From Planctomycetota bacterium (GTDB taxonomy: Bacteria > Planctomycetota > DG-23 > JAZDKG01): DNA of 64,000 bases. The notes under the pieces were generated by a model. That model had not been told where the DNA came from, ran no database searches, and was given only the letters and a program-made list of their open reading frames with translations. The DNA is taken from positions 3,038-67,037 of the forward strand of contig JAZDKG010000192.1 in assembly GCA_043803205.1 (NCBI GenBank), read 5' to 3'. The position numbers and the translations under genes were made by a program. Of this stretch, positions 50,481 to 60,588 are shown in pieces (the stretch's first letter is position 1; every line of letters begins with the position of its first letter).

Positions 50481-51545
50481 ATGACAGAACTCAAGGTGGG
50501 CGTCGTGGGCACGGGGATGGGCAGGATCCACATGGAGGAGTTCGCGAAGATCAAGGGGGTGAGCGTCGCCGGGGTCTGCGACCTCAACCTAAAAGAGGCA
50601 CAGCTCTTTGCCGACAAGTTCGGCGCAAAGATCGTCCGGGGAGACTATCGCGACTTCGTGCGGGAGCCCTCCTTCGACGCCATCAGCATCGCGGTCCCGA
50701 ATCGCCTTCACGCGTCGATTGCCATTGCGGCGCTGGAGGCCGGCAAACACGTCCTCTGTGAGAAGCCCATGGCGACGACCGTCGAAGACGCCCTTCGGAT
50801 GGTGTCGGCCGCCGAGCGCGCCGGGAAGCTTCTCATGATCAACCAGAGCCAGCGCTTCAACAAGGGGACGCAGATCATCCGGCGCTACGCGGAGCAGGGC
50901 GACCTCGGACGCATCTACCTTGGCATCGCCACCTGGATCCGTCGAAAGGGATGGCCCGTCCTCAACATGGGTCCCGACGGCGTCATGGGGCGCGGGGAAT
51001 GGTTCATCCGAAAGGACGCCGCCGGCGGGGGTGCCCTCTTTGACATCGGCGTGCACCTTCTCGATCTCGCCTGGTACCTGATGGGCTCGCCCCGACCGGT
51101 TTCGGCCTCGGCGGCGTCCTTCCTTGAGGTCGCCCGCGAGCGCTTAGCGCAGCGCAACCTCCCGGCGGAGGTGGACGAGCTCACGAGCGCCCTGCTTCGG
51201 TTTGAGAACGGCGCCGTCATTCAGCTCGTCGTCTCGTGGGACAGCCACAACGCGCCCGACCACTCGGTGCGCATCTTTGGTTCCGAAGCGGGGGCGGGCG
51301 TCTTTCCTCCCGTCCTCTACCGGGGCTCGGAGGTGATCGAGACGGCGGCGCTCGATGTGGTCGAGGGCGGACTGTGCATGCCGACGGCGTATGAGCACTT
51401 CGTCTCCTGCCTGCGCGAGCCCGCTTGCAGGATGATCGCTTCGGGACGCGAGCTCTTGGACGTCATCCGGATGCTCAAGGCGATCCAGGAGTCCGCCGTC
51501 GCCGGGAAAGAAGTGGCCGTGAGGAGCGATCCCCGTGGGAAATGA
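50481..51545 (+). CDS. Gfo/Idh/MocA family oxidoreductase
   Basis: KVGVVGTG, AVPNRLH, HVLCEKPMA, GGGALFDIGVH. Confidence 0.92.
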   Translation: MTELKVGVVGTGMGRIHMEEFAKIKGVSVAGVCDLNLKEAQLFADKFGAKIVRGDYRDFVREPSFDAISIAVPNRLHASIAIAALEAGKHVLCEKPMATTVEDALRMVSAAERAGKLLMINQSQRFNKGTQIIRRYAEQGDLGRIYLGIATWIRRKGWPVLNMGPDGVMGRGEWFIRKDAAGGGALFDIGVHLLDLAWYLMGSPRPVSASAASFLEVARERLAQRNLPAEVDELTSALLRFENGAVIQLVVSWDSHNAPDHSVRIFGSEAGAGVFPPVLYRGSEVIETAALDVVEGGLCMPTAYEHFVSCLREPACRMIASGRELLDVIRMLKAIQESAVAGKEVAVRSDPRGK

Positions 51546-52785
51546 GAAGCTCAAGATCGCCCGGAAGGATCGGGGGATTCTCAGGCGTCTAGCGGGCAAG
51601 GTCGCCGAGTTCGCCGCGCTGCCCGTCCAAGCCGAGAAGCGCGACCTCTGGCACCGCCACAATGCGCTTGCGCCCAGCCGGCCCCTTATCTTCTGCGACC
51701 CCGAGGGGGGGTGGCAGGAGATCATTCCGAAAAGCGTTCTCGAATGTCAGGGAGAGCGCGCCCGCAACTGGGAGTTCCGACTGCGCCAGGAGATCTTCTG
51801 GGGCGAGTCGATGGGCGACGACCGCGTCATCGAGCCCTACTGGGACGTCGGATGGGAGGGCGAGCGCAGCGACTGGGGCATCAAGGAGGTTCGCGACGAG
51901 AGTTCCGTCGAGAAGGGCGCCTATCGCATCGTGCCCTCTTTGCCCTCCTATGGCGACATGGACAAGCTCCATGCGCCCCGGATCACCGTCGACCACGAGG
52001 CCACGGAACGAAAGCTGGACGAGGCGGGCGAGGTCTTCGGCGGGCTGCTCGAGGTGCGCCACCGGGGCGGTTGGTGGTGGAGCCTCGGGATGACCTGGGA
52101 CGTCATCAAGCTGCGGGGGCTCGAACAGTTTATGCTCGACATGTACGACGAGCCGGAGAACCTGCATCGCCTCATGTCCATCCTGCGCGATGGCACGCTC
52201 GAGATGCTCGACTTTCTGGAGAGGGAGAACCTTCTCAGTCTGAACAACGACGGCACCTACGTCGGCTCAGGCGGGTTCGGTTACACCAATGAGCTTCCGC
52301 AGAAGGATTTCGACGGCGAGCGCGTGCGCCCGATGGACATGTGGGGCTTCTGCGAGAGCCAGGAGACCGTCGGCGTGTCGCCGGCGCTCTTCGAGGAGTT
52401 CGTCTTCTGGTATCAACTTCCCCTCATGGAACGCTTCGGGATCAACTGCTACGGCTGCTGCGAGCCCTTGGACAAGCGCTGGGATGTCGTGAAGAGATTC
52501 CCGCGCCTGCGACGTGTCTCGTGCTCGGCATGGGTGAACACCCCCGACATGGCGGAGAAGCTCGGGGACAAGTACATCTATTCCATGAAGCCCAACCCGT
52601 CGGATCTCGCGGCGGCGAAGATGGACGAGGAGCGCGTGCGCGCGGGTCTGCGCGAGGCCTTTCGGCAGACGCGCGACTGCCGCGTCGAGTGCATCATGAA
52701 GGATTGTCACACCATCGGCAACAATCCGCAGAACGTCATGCGCTGGAGCCGGATCGCGCGGGAGGAGGCGGAGGCGATATCCTGA
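51535..52785 (+). CDS. Uroporphyrinogen decarboxylase/MtaA-like TIM-barrel hypothetical protein
   Basis: LRGLEQFMLDMYDEPE..H.LM, VSPALFEEFV, YGCCEPL, KPNPS. Typical of the UroD/methylcobalamin methyltransferase superfamily. Confidence 0.65.
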   Translation: MGNEKLKIARKDRGILRRLAGKVAEFAALPVQAEKRDLWHRHNALAPSRPLIFCDPEGGWQEIIPKSVLECQGERARNWEFRLRQEIFWGESMGDDRVIEPYWDVGWEGERSDWGIKEVRDESSVEKGAYRIVPSLPSYGDMDKLHAPRITVDHEATERKLDEAGEVFGGLLEVRHRGGWWWSLGMTWDVIKLRGLEQFMLDMYDEPENLHRLMSILRDGTLEMLDFLERENLLSLNNDGTYVGSGGFGYTNELPQKDFDGERVRPMDMWGFCESQETVGVSPALFEEFVFWYQLPLMERFGINCYGCCEPLDKRWDVVKRFPRLRRVSCSAWVNTPDMAEKLGDKYIYSMKPNPSDLAAAKMDEERVRAGLREAFRQTRDCRVECIMKDCHTIGNNPQNVMRWSRIAREEAEAIS

Positions 52786-52791
52786 CGGCCC

Positions 52792-53736
52792 TCACTGTGT
52801 CCCTTGGATCGACAGGGCTTTGTTCCAAAGGTCCACGAAGGTCTCGGGCGGGAGTTCCTGCGCGCGCGCGTCGCGGGAAATTCCCAACTGATCCATGGCT
52901 GCGGCGACCCTCCCGACGTCGATTCCGTGTCGTGGTCTGGCGCCAAGCGAGTTGAGCAGCTTCTTCCTACGGTGCGCGAAAGCGTCCTGCACGAGCGCCT
53001 TGAACCCGGCGTAATCGCTGATCCTCGCGCGCAGCTCTCTTGTGAGCTCTCCGCAAAGGATCGCCCCCTCGACCTCGGGCCGCGGCCAGAATACGGTAGG
53101 GGGGATGACCCTCAGGAGCCGGAACCGCCCGTGCACCTGGAGGAACACCGTGAGGAGCCCGTAGGCGGCCGACCCCGCGACCGCCGTAATGCGCTCCGCG
53201 ACCTCTCTCTGAACCGTGCAGGTGATCCGCGAGAACGAGAGCTCGCTCTCCGCCGCTGCGATGAGAAGGGGGGAGGCGATCTGAAAGGGGAGATTGCTCA
53301 CGAGCGAGACCGTCGCCTCCGGTTCCTTTTCCATCTCCTCTCGCAGAGCTCCGACCACCTCGGGGACGAGGGCGTTCTTCCGCAGGGCGTTCGCACGCAC
53401 CAGCCTCACGTTCGCTCGTCCGGCCAGTCGTTCGCACGCGATGGCGTGAAGCTTTTCGTCGATCTCGACACTCACGATCCTTGCGGCGCGCTCCGCGAGC
53501 ATCCCGGCGAGCGTCCCCGTCCCCGTCCCCACTTCGAGCACGATCGTTGTCGGCGTGACCATCGACGCCTCGACGATGATCCGCGCGAGGTTCCGGTCGA
53601 TGAGGAAGTTCTGTCCCAGCGCTCTCCTCGGGCGGACCCCCGCCCGCCCGAGCGCTTCCCGGATACGTCGTTGCGTCTGGAAGGTATCCCCCGCGGCTTC
53701 GTCCAACGCGTCATCCCGCCCGCTTGCTGCGCTCAC
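52792..53736 (-). CDS. rsmA: 16S rRNA m6,2A dimethyltransferase
   Basis: LGQNFLID, LEVGTGTG, VEID, SNLPFQI, QREVAER, FWPRPEV, FAHRRKKL. Start 53736 or 53706. Confidence 0.93.
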   Translation of the reverse strand: MSAASGRDDALDEAAGDTFQTQRRIREALGRAGVRPRRALGQNFLIDRNLARIIVEASMVTPTTIVLEVGTGTGTLAGMLAERAARIVSVEIDEKLHAIACERLAGRANVRLVRANALRKNALVPEVVGALREEMEKEPEATVSLVSNLPFQIASPLLIAAAESELSFSRITCTVQREVAERITAVAGSAAYGLLTVFLQVHGRFRLLRVIPPTVFWPRPEVEGAILCGELTRELRARISDYAGFKALVQDAFAHRRKKLLNSLGARPRHGIDVGRVAAAMDQLGISRDARAQELPPETFVDLWNKALSIQGTQ

Positions 53737-54362
53737 GCGAAGCCGTGCTCCTTGAGGAACTCCATGGTGAGTTTCCCTGCGCCTCCCTTCCCGAGCGCCG
53801 CGAGCACGTGCTTCCCGAGAAGGTCCGTCTCGATGTTGACCTCTTCCCCCACGTGCAGGGAGCCCAGGTTGGTGCGCGCGCGCGTCACGGGGATAATGGC
53901 GACTTCGCACCAGTTTCGCCCCAGTGCGCTCACGGTGAGGCTGACGCCGTCCAGCGCGACCGATCCCTTGAGCACCATCCCCTGGATGAGTTCCTCGGGC
54001 GCCTCGAACCGCAGGACCTGCGCCTCCGAGCGCGAGGCGAGTTTCCCGATCCCATCCACGTGCCCCGTCACGAAGTGGCCGCCGATCGCATCGCCCGCCC
54101 GCAGTGCCGGTTCGAGGTTCACCGCCGTTCCCGCCGGGAGCCCGGCGAGCGTCGTGCGGCTCACCGTCTCCTCCGAGAGGTCGAAGGAAAAAGTCGCTCC
54201 CCTGGACGCCGCGACCGTGAGGCAGCAGCCGTTCACGGCGATGCTCTCGCCCGGCGCTTCCTGGAGCTCGGCGCACTCCACGTCAATCCCGCGACCGCGA
54301 GAAGGGTACCCCTCCCTGCGACCTATGATTCGCCCCATGCAGCGGATGATCCCGGTAAACAT
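53733..54362 (-). CDS. ribE: Riboflavin synthase alpha chain
   Basis: MFTGII, SIAVNGCCLTV, VNLE, GGHFVTGHVDG, KGSVALDGVSLTV, NIETD. Confidence 0.96.
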   Translation of the reverse strand: MFTGIIRCMGRIIGRREGYPSRGRGIDVECAELQEAPGESIAVNGCCLTVAASRGATFSFDLSEETVSRTTLAGLPAGTAVNLEPALRAGDAIGGHFVTGHVDGIGKLASRSEAQVLRFEAPEELIQGMVLKGSVALDGVSLTVSALGRNWCEVAIIPVTRARTNLGSLHVGEEVNIETDLLGKHVLAALGKGGAGKLTMEFLKEHGFA

Positions 54363-54507
54363 CCGTCCTTCTCCACGGCCTTTGCGCGGCGATCCGCGCG
54401 TCAGGAGAGTTTACTCCGGCGTGGCTTCATGTCAAAGGGACGCCGAGGCGCCTTGACGGCTCTTGTGCGCCGCACCATAATCGGTCTACTTCTTGGAGGT
54501 CCTGCGC

Positions 54508-55371
54508 ATGTCATTCAGGGTGGTTGCCGCGTCTCTGGGGGTGCTTCTTGCCGTGTGGATCACCCGCGACGCGCCCGCGGCGGACTTGTCCGCCGCACCT
54601 TCAGCGAAGGCGGAGTTGTCCCCGCGCCAGCGTCAACTCGTCGAGAATCTCCGGGAAGCTCTCGGGCGGCTCGGCGAGAGTCTCGTCTGTCCGGTCTGTG
54701 CCGGGAGCGGCGTGAACGAGGTTGCGATGCCTCAGGAGCGCGTCCGGCGCGGTGAGCTAGGCACACGCTTCGTCCTGTGCGAGCGGTGTCTGGGCGTCGC
54801 CCGTGCCCCGAACCCGGAAGTGAGGGCCCGAATGCGCGCCGTGGCGACGCTCCTTCGGGCGCTCTATCCCCAGACCCTCTCAAAGGAGCGCGCGAGGGAG
54901 GTGGAGCTCGCGCTCTTCGACGCGCAGGCGCGTCTGCGACAGGACGCCGTCTTCGAGAAACTCCGTCGGGATCTGGCGCGTTCGGGGCTCTGGACCCTTG
55001 ATGCCCGCGAACGCGCCGTTGCCGGATTGGTCAACCCCGTGAGGATTGCCCTTTCGATTCCCACTCCCAGGCTCAAGGAGGAACTTGCGGCGGACTTCAA
55101 GCGTCTCGCCCTTCCCCTCGTGTTTGACGACCGCGCGCCGGCGGAAGGCGTCGAGCCCGGTCGAGAGGTCGAACCGCCTGAGGCCGTCACCTTCGACACG
55201 TTGGACCTTAAGGGATTGGGTGGCGCTGCGGACGCCTTTCGCGGGAAGGTCGTCGCCTACCTAAGACATCTCGCAACGGTGCCGCAGGCGCCCGCAAGCC
55301 GACCCGCCTCTGCGCCCGCGGGGAGCAACGTCGAAGCGCCGGCGTCCTCGGCCCCCGGGGGGGTTCGATGA
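54508..55371 (+). CDS. Exported hypothetical protein with a DnaJ-type CxxCxGxG zinc finger
   Basis: Signal peptide; CPVCAGSG and CERCLG. Confidence 0.55.
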   Translation: MSFRVVAASLGVLLAVWITRDAPAADLSAAPSAKAELSPRQRQLVENLREALGRLGESLVCPVCAGSGVNEVAMPQERVRRGELGTRFVLCERCLGVARAPNPEVRARMRAVATLLRALYPQTLSKERAREVELALFDAQARLRQDAVFEKLRRDLARSGLWTLDARERAVAGLVNPVRIALSIPTPRLKEELAADFKRLALPLVFDDRAPAEGVEPGREVEPPEAVTFDTLDLKGLGGAADAFRGKVVAYLRHLATVPQAPASRPASAPAGSNVEAPASSAPGGVR

Positions 55372-56555
55372 GGTACCTCTACTGCGACGCGACGTTGGGG
55401 GTCTCGGGCGACATGTTCCTGGGCGCGCTCGTGGACCTTGGGGTTCCTCTGGACAGGATCGCCTCGGCGGTCTCTTCCCTGGGTATTGCGAGCGTGCGCT
55501 TGGAGACGCAAGGGGTCCGTCGCTGCGGGCTACGCGCCGCCCGGGTCCTCGTCCATGTCGAGGAAGACCGCGTCCGGCGGGGTCTTGCCGATGTCCGGGA
55601 GATCCTTGAGCGTTCCACTCTTGATCCGTGGGTCCGGGGGGAGGCACTGGCGGTGTTCGAGCTCCTGGCGGCGGCGGAGGCGGCCGCCCACGCCCGGCCT
55701 GTCGAGGAAATCCATTTCCACGAGGTCGGAGCGCTGGACGCCCTAGTGGACGTCGTCGGCGTCACGGCCGGGCTTCGTGAGCTCGCCTGCGACGCGTTTG
55801 TCTCCTCGCCGATCGCAGTGGGGAGCGGCGTCGTGTCCTGTGCGCACGGGGTCCTCCCCGTTCCGGCGCCCGCCACCGCGGAGCTCTTGCGCGACGCCTT
55901 GGTCGCGGGGGGTAACCTCGAGGGAGAATGCTCCACCCCCACGGGCGTCGCCCTCGTGCGACATTTCGCCCCCCGGCAGGAGGGCATGCCCGCCATGCGT
56001 ATCGAGCGTATTGGGATCGGGGCGGGTGAGCGCGACCCCGCGACCCACCCGAACTGTTTCCGGCTTATCCTCGGCTCGATCCCGCCCAGGCGGGAGGAGG
56101 CCGACAGCATCCTCGTCCTCGAGACGAATCTCGACGACATGTCTCCGCAGTCGTTCGGGTTCCTTTTCGACGCCCTCTTTGAGGCCGGTGCGCTCGATGT
56201 CTACGTTACCCCCGTGCAGATGAAGAAGGGGCGCCCGGGGCTTCTGCTCTCCGTGATCGTCGATCCGGTCCCGCAGTCGCGGGATGCCATCGAAGCCGTC
56301 CTTTTCCGCGAGACCACCACTCTCGGGGTGCGCTGCCGAACGGAGAACCGCACGAAACTCCCCAGGTCCCTGCAAGTCGTCTCCACCGCCTTCGGCGAAA
56401 TCCGTGTGAAGGTCGCCACCCTTGACGGACGCGTCGTGACGGTCTCCCCCGAGCACGACGACGTCGCCCGCGCGGCCCGAGAGGCGCACGTGGCGTTCCG
56501 CGAGGTCCACGACGCGGCCCGCGCCGCGTACCGGGAAGGAGCGCCCAAGCGGTGA
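55368..56555 (+). CDS. larC: Nickel pincer cofactor biosynthesis protein LarC
   Basis: GVSGDMFLGAL, IHFHEVGALDA, HGVLPVPAPAT, TPTG, ETNLDD, MKKGRPG, ETTTLGVR, PEHDD. Confidence 0.93.
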   Translation: MRYLYCDATLGVSGDMFLGALVDLGVPLDRIASAVSSLGIASVRLETQGVRRCGLRAARVLVHVEEDRVRRGLADVREILERSTLDPWVRGEALAVFELLAAAEAAAHARPVEEIHFHEVGALDALVDVVGVTAGLRELACDAFVSSPIAVGSGVVSCAHGVLPVPAPATAELLRDALVAGGNLEGECSTPTGVALVRHFAPRQEGMPAMRIERIGIGAGERDPATHPNCFRLILGSIPPRREEADSILVLETNLDDMSPQSFGFLFDALFEAGALDVYVTPVQMKKGRPGLLLSVIVDPVPQSRDAIEAVLFRETTTLGVRCRTENRTKLPRSLQVVSTAFGEIRVKVATLDGRVVTVSPEHDDVARAAREAHVAFREVHDAARAAYREGAPKR

Positions 56556-57388
56556 CGAGCATTCTATCCTCGACCTATGGCGCGGCCGCGACGGGGGCGA
56601 AGCGCTTCCGCCTCATCGCGTGCGAGATCGTGTACCGGGAGTTGTGCCTCGCGGTCGCGCGCGCCCCTCACATCATCGACCTCGAGTTCCTTCCCAAGGG
56701 GCTTCATGACCTCCCATCGGATCGCATGCGCTTGATGATCCAAGAGCGTCTCGACGCCGCCGACCGCAAGCTCTACTCGACCCTGCTTCTCGGCTACGGC
56801 CTGTGCAACAACGGCGTCGTCGGCCTCACCGGACGCGACCTCCCCCTCGTCCTCCCGCGCGCGCACGACTGCATCACCTTTTTCATGGGCAGTCGCGCGA
56901 CATACCAGGTCTACTTTGACTCCCATCCGGGGACGATCTACCGCACGACCGGCTGGTCCGAGAGGAACTTCGCCAACGTCGAGGGTTCCGTCTACGAGCG
57001 CACGGGGCTGGACCGGAGCTACGAGGAGTGCGTGGAGCTCTACGGCGAGGAGAACGCGCGGTATATTTCCGAGACGCTGCGGAGCTGGACGAAGAACTAC
57101 GCGAACCTCGCCTTCATCGACATGGGCCTCGTCGCGGAGCTGGGCTACGAGGAGGCCGCCCGCGCGCACGCCCGCGAGAATGCCTGGACCTTCGAGAAAC
57201 TCCCGGGTGACTGGACGCTTCTTGAAAAGTTTGTGAGAGCCGAGTGGGACGAGGAGGATTTCCTTGTTGTCCCTCCCGGACATCGCATCGCGGCTTCGAC
57301 GGACAGTCGCATCGTTCGTGCCGAGAAGATCGAGCGCGACGGTGATTCCCCCTTGTCTTGTGTCGCAGAGGAGGGCCGGCGCGCATGA
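56552..57388 (+). CDS. DUF1638 domain protein
   Basis: LIACEI..RE, GLH..P, LGYGLCNNG, PRAHDCITFFMG, YGEENA.Y, G...LL..L. Confidence 0.8.
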   Translation: MTSILSSTYGAAATGAKRFRLIACEIVYRELCLAVARAPHIIDLEFLPKGLHDLPSDRMRLMIQERLDAADRKLYSTLLLGYGLCNNGVVGLTGRDLPLVLPRAHDCITFFMGSRATYQVYFDSHPGTIYRTTGWSERNFANVEGSVYERTGLDRSYEECVELYGEENARYISETLRSWTKNYANLAFIDMGLVAELGYEEAARAHARENAWTFEKLPGDWTLLEKFVRAEWDEEDFLVVPPGHRIAASTDSRIVRAEKIERDGDSPLSCVAEEGRRA

Positions 57389-57924
57389 ACGCTTCCGCCC
57401 AGCCCCCGCCGATGCACTCTCGCGAGGGAGACTGGCTCAAGCTGCGCGTTCTGGCGGCGGCGTTCGTCGCAAGCACCCTCGCCTGTGCGCTCATTGCCTG
57501 GTTCCTTTCGAAGGCCGGTGTTCGCGCCGAGGGGATGCCGACGGCGGCGGCGTTGCGAACCGTCTTCCCCGTCTTCGTGGTTGTCGCGGTCCTGTGTTTT
57601 CTCGTGAGCGGCGCTCTGCGGCGTGTCATGGTCTCCCGCGCGCTTCGGCGGGCCGCGCCCGAGGCGAAGGGTGCCGCGCTCCCTTTCGGGCGATACCTTC
57701 TCGTGGTCATCCTGACGAACGCGCTCGCAGAGGTCCCATCCCTTCTGGGGCTCGTCTACTTCCTCCTGGGAGGGACGTTCGAGGACTCCGTCCTCTTCTT
57801 CGCCATCGCCGCTGTCACCCACGTGGGAGCCTTCCCCAGGCGATGGCTTTTCGAGGATCTCAACGCGGCATTGCCCGTGGACGAGGGGACTGCTCGCGGG
57901 CCTGCGGGGACGGGGGCGTCGTAG
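57385..57924 (+). CDS. Hypothetical membrane protein (about 4 TM)
   Basis: Four hydrophobic segments; start overlaps the upstream stop. Confidence 0.65.
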   Translation: MNASAQPPPMHSREGDWLKLRVLAAAFVASTLACALIAWFLSKAGVRAEGMPTAAALRTVFPVFVVVAVLCFLVSGALRRVMVSRALRRAAPEAKGAALPFGRYLLVVILTNALAEVPSLLGLVYFLLGGTFEDSVLFFAIAAVTHVGAFPRRWLFEDLNAALPVDEGTARGPAGTGAS

Positions 57925-57997
57925 ACGAGAAGGCGCAAGAGGAAAGCGCAAGGGGGCCGTGAGGCCCCGCTCGGTCGGGAAAGGAGTCCGCAGGCAC

Positions 57998-59206
57998 ATG
58001 ATCCTGGTCGTTGAGATCGCCGTTCTCGTGCTCCTGATCCCGGAGGTCCTCCTCTGGGCCCTTTTCTTCATCGAGAGCCGCCGATCGTTCCTGCACGATC
58101 CTCGAATCGATCCGCGCCGAAACCAGCTCGCCCCAGGGGAGTTCCCTCATGTGACCGTGTGCATCCCCGCCCGGAACGAAGAGGACAATATCGCGGGGTG
58201 CCTCGAGAGCGTCCTCTCCATTGATTATCCCGACTTCGACGTGGTTGTGGTGGACGACCGCTCGACCGACCGGACGGGCGAGATCGCCGACTCATTCGCC
58301 GCGCGCGACTCCCGCCTGCGAGTAATCCATAACCGCGAGCTCCCGCCAGAATGGGTGGGCAAGGCGCATGCCCTGCACTTAGCCTCTCGGATCGCCGGCG
58401 GATCCTGGCTCCTCTTCGTCGATGCGGATACCCGTCACCATCCCCAGTGTCTGCGCGCCTGTCTGCGCGAGGCCTTCGACCACGCCGCCGACGCCGTGGC
58501 CCCCTTCTGCGCCTTCGATGTGCGAAGCTTCTGGGAAGCCGTGGTTATGCCTACGTGCGCCGGGTTCCTCGTCTCCCGCTATCGGGTGCGCGATACGAAC
58601 CGCCGGTCGTCGCCGACGGGCTTTCTGAATGGACAGTTTTTCCTGGTGAAGCGCGAGACCTATGAGGCCATCGGCGGGCATCAGGCCGTCCGGGGCTACG
58701 TTCAGGACGATATCGTCCTCGTGGGGAACATTAAGAAGGCCGGCAAGCGACTGCGCGTGGGCTATGGCCCCGAGATCGTGCGGGTCCGGATGTTCGGGTC
58801 CGTCCCCGCGATGGTTGGGGGGTGGAGCCGGATTTTCTTTGGCGCATTCGGCGCGCGTCCGTGGCGGCTCGTCGGCATGATCGGCCAAGTCGGTTTTGCG
58901 GTCTTCTTTCCGCTTCTTGTGCTCATCCTGGGAGCGGCGTGCCTGTCCTACGGTCACGCCGGCGCCATCACGGGGGTGAACGTCGCCTTGTCCGCCGCCG
59001 CTCTCCTCCTGGGGATCCTGAACAGTCGGTACGCCAATCTCGCGACGGGGGTACGGGGCTGGTATGCGGTCTTTCTTCCGGTGGGTGCGGTCTTGCTTCT
59101 AGCGGTTCTCTGGGGGGCTTTCATGCTGGCGACCGGCCGGCGGCGCCTGCAGTGGAGGGGAGACTACTTGGCGGCGGACCAGATGCCCCTGACCCCTGTG
59201 GAATGA
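57998..59206 (+). CDS. GT2 family glycosyltransferase (HpnB/CrtQ-like, membrane-bound)
   Basis: IPARNEE, VDDRSTDRT, WVGKAHA, LFVDAD, NGQF, IGGH, C-terminal TM helices and WRG. Confidence 0.88.
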   Translation: MILVVEIAVLVLLIPEVLLWALFFIESRRSFLHDPRIDPRRNQLAPGEFPHVTVCIPARNEEDNIAGCLESVLSIDYPDFDVVVVDDRSTDRTGEIADSFAARDSRLRVIHNRELPPEWVGKAHALHLASRIAGGSWLLFVDADTRHHPQCLRACLREAFDHAADAVAPFCAFDVRSFWEAVVMPTCAGFLVSRYRVRDTNRRSSPTGFLNGQFFLVKRETYEAIGGHQAVRGYVQDDIVLVGNIKKAGKRLRVGYGPEIVRVRMFGSVPAMVGGWSRIFFGAFGARPWRLVGMIGQVGFAVFFPLLVLILGAACLSYGHAGAITGVNVALSAAALLLGILNSRYANLATGVRGWYAVFLPVGAVLLLAVLWGAFMLATGRRRLQWRGDYLAADQMPLTPVE

Positions 59207-59280
59207 CGATAGCCGGCGAATTGGGCTTTTCAGGCTCTCAAGGCATAGTTATAGAGACGTGGGGAAAAGAAGGCTGAAGC

Positions 59281-59329
59281 TTGACACGACCGGAAAGTGG
59301 TTGTAAATTAGCAATAGAAAGCGTTTTCC
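59281..59329 (+). promoter_or_regulatory. Sigma70 promoter with a LacI-family operator
   Basis: TTGACA-N17-TAAATT, then CG-centred near-palindrome GAAAGCGTTTTC at 59317-59328 near the predicted transcription start. Confidence 0.72.
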
Positions 59330-59360
59330 GCAAGCTCGCCATGCGCGAGAGGGTAGCACC

Positions 59361-60536
59361 TTGGGGTCGCGGATCTATGACGTAGCCGAAGCTGCGGGCG
59401 TGTCCATCGCGACCGTCAGCCGGGTCTTGTCGCAGTCTCGTCGTGTCAAGCCCGGCAACGTCGCACGCGTCCGCGAAGCGGCCAAGCGACTCGGGTACTA
59501 TCCCCACGGCCCCGCGCGCGCCCTCGTCAGTGGCCGACGCGAAACGATCGGGATCTGCTGGGGCGCCGGTGTTTCCATTCCCGATGAATGCGCCCGCGCG
59601 GTCATGGACGGCGTCGCGGTCCACCTGAGCGAGCACAACATCTCCAACCTCATGGTCTTCACCCCAACCTCCCCCGGCGCCGTTCCCAAGATGCTCGCCG
59701 AGAGACACATCGACGGTCTCATCCTCGCCACGCATTGGAACGATACCTTCTTCTCCTTGGCAGGCGAACTCGGAATCCCCGTCGTCCTCGCCGGGGAGAG
59801 TTCCCCGAAAGTGAGCTGCGTCTACGTGGACGACCGCAAGGTCGCTCGGGAGGCGACCTCCTTCCTCCTCGAGCTCGGACACCGCTCGATCGCTTACGTC
59901 GGCACCCCCTGCGAGAACCCTCACTCCTCCGTCCCCAGCCGCTTCGAAGGTTATCTTGACGCCCTGCGCCTGGCGGGCCTCGTCCCCTCGTCCTTGTGTT
60001 CCATGCGGGTTCCGGCGGACGCTTCACGGTCCGCGGATGAGTCCGACTTGGCGGAGCTGCGCTTCGGGTGCTGCTTAGCAGCCCTCGACACGCGCCTGCG
60101 CGCCCTTCTCGACGCTCCCGAGCCGCCCACCGCTTTTCTCTGCTTTGATGATTCGGTGGCGGCGTGGGTGATCCAGGTCCTTCGTCGGATGGAGCTGCGC
60201 GTTCCCGAGGACGCGAGTGTCATGGGCTTTAACGACGCCCCCCACTCCCACATGCTCCCCGCGCCCCTCACGACCATGGAGATCCCCTTCCGTGAGATGG
60301 GCGTCCGCGCCGTCGATCTCCTCATGGGAGCGATCGAGGATCCGGATGCGCCCCGTTCCGAGTGCGTCCTCTCCGCCACCCTCAAGGTTCGGCAGTCTAC
60401 GACGCCCTTCGAAGGCGCCCGGTCCGGCAGATCCGGGCCCGCCGCCTGTGCCGGGTACGCGGGATTGCCGTTTCCCAGTCCTCTTCCTATCTCTCTTCTT
60501 CGGAGCCCCTCGAAAGGAGGTGATGCCCTGCGCTGA
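59361..60536 (+). CDS. LacI family transcriptional regulator
   Basis: [26 protein letters not shown]...[26 protein letters not shown]. Confidence 0.93.
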   Translation: MGSRIYDVAEAAGVSIATVSRVLSQSRRVKPGNVARVREAAKRLGYYPHGPARALVSGRRETIGICWGAGVSIPDECARAVMDGVAVHLSEHNISNLMVFTPTSPGAVPKMLAERHIDGLILATHWNDTFFSLAGELGIPVVLAGESSPKVSCVYVDDRKVAREATSFLLELGHRSIAYVGTPCENPHSSVPSRFEGYLDALRLAGLVPSSLCSMRVPADASRSADESDLAELRFGCCLAALDTRLRALLDAPEPPTAFLCFDDSVAAWVIQVLRRMELRVPEDASVMGFNDAPHSHMLPAPLTTMEIPFREMGVRAVDLLMGAIEDPDAPRSECVLSATLKVRQSTTPFEGARSGRSGPAACAGYAGLPFPSPLPISLLRSPSKGGDALR

Positions 60537-60588
60537 CGACGTGAGTGCGCAATTCTCGTGTCCGGTTTCCCAGACAAGGAGGAACACA

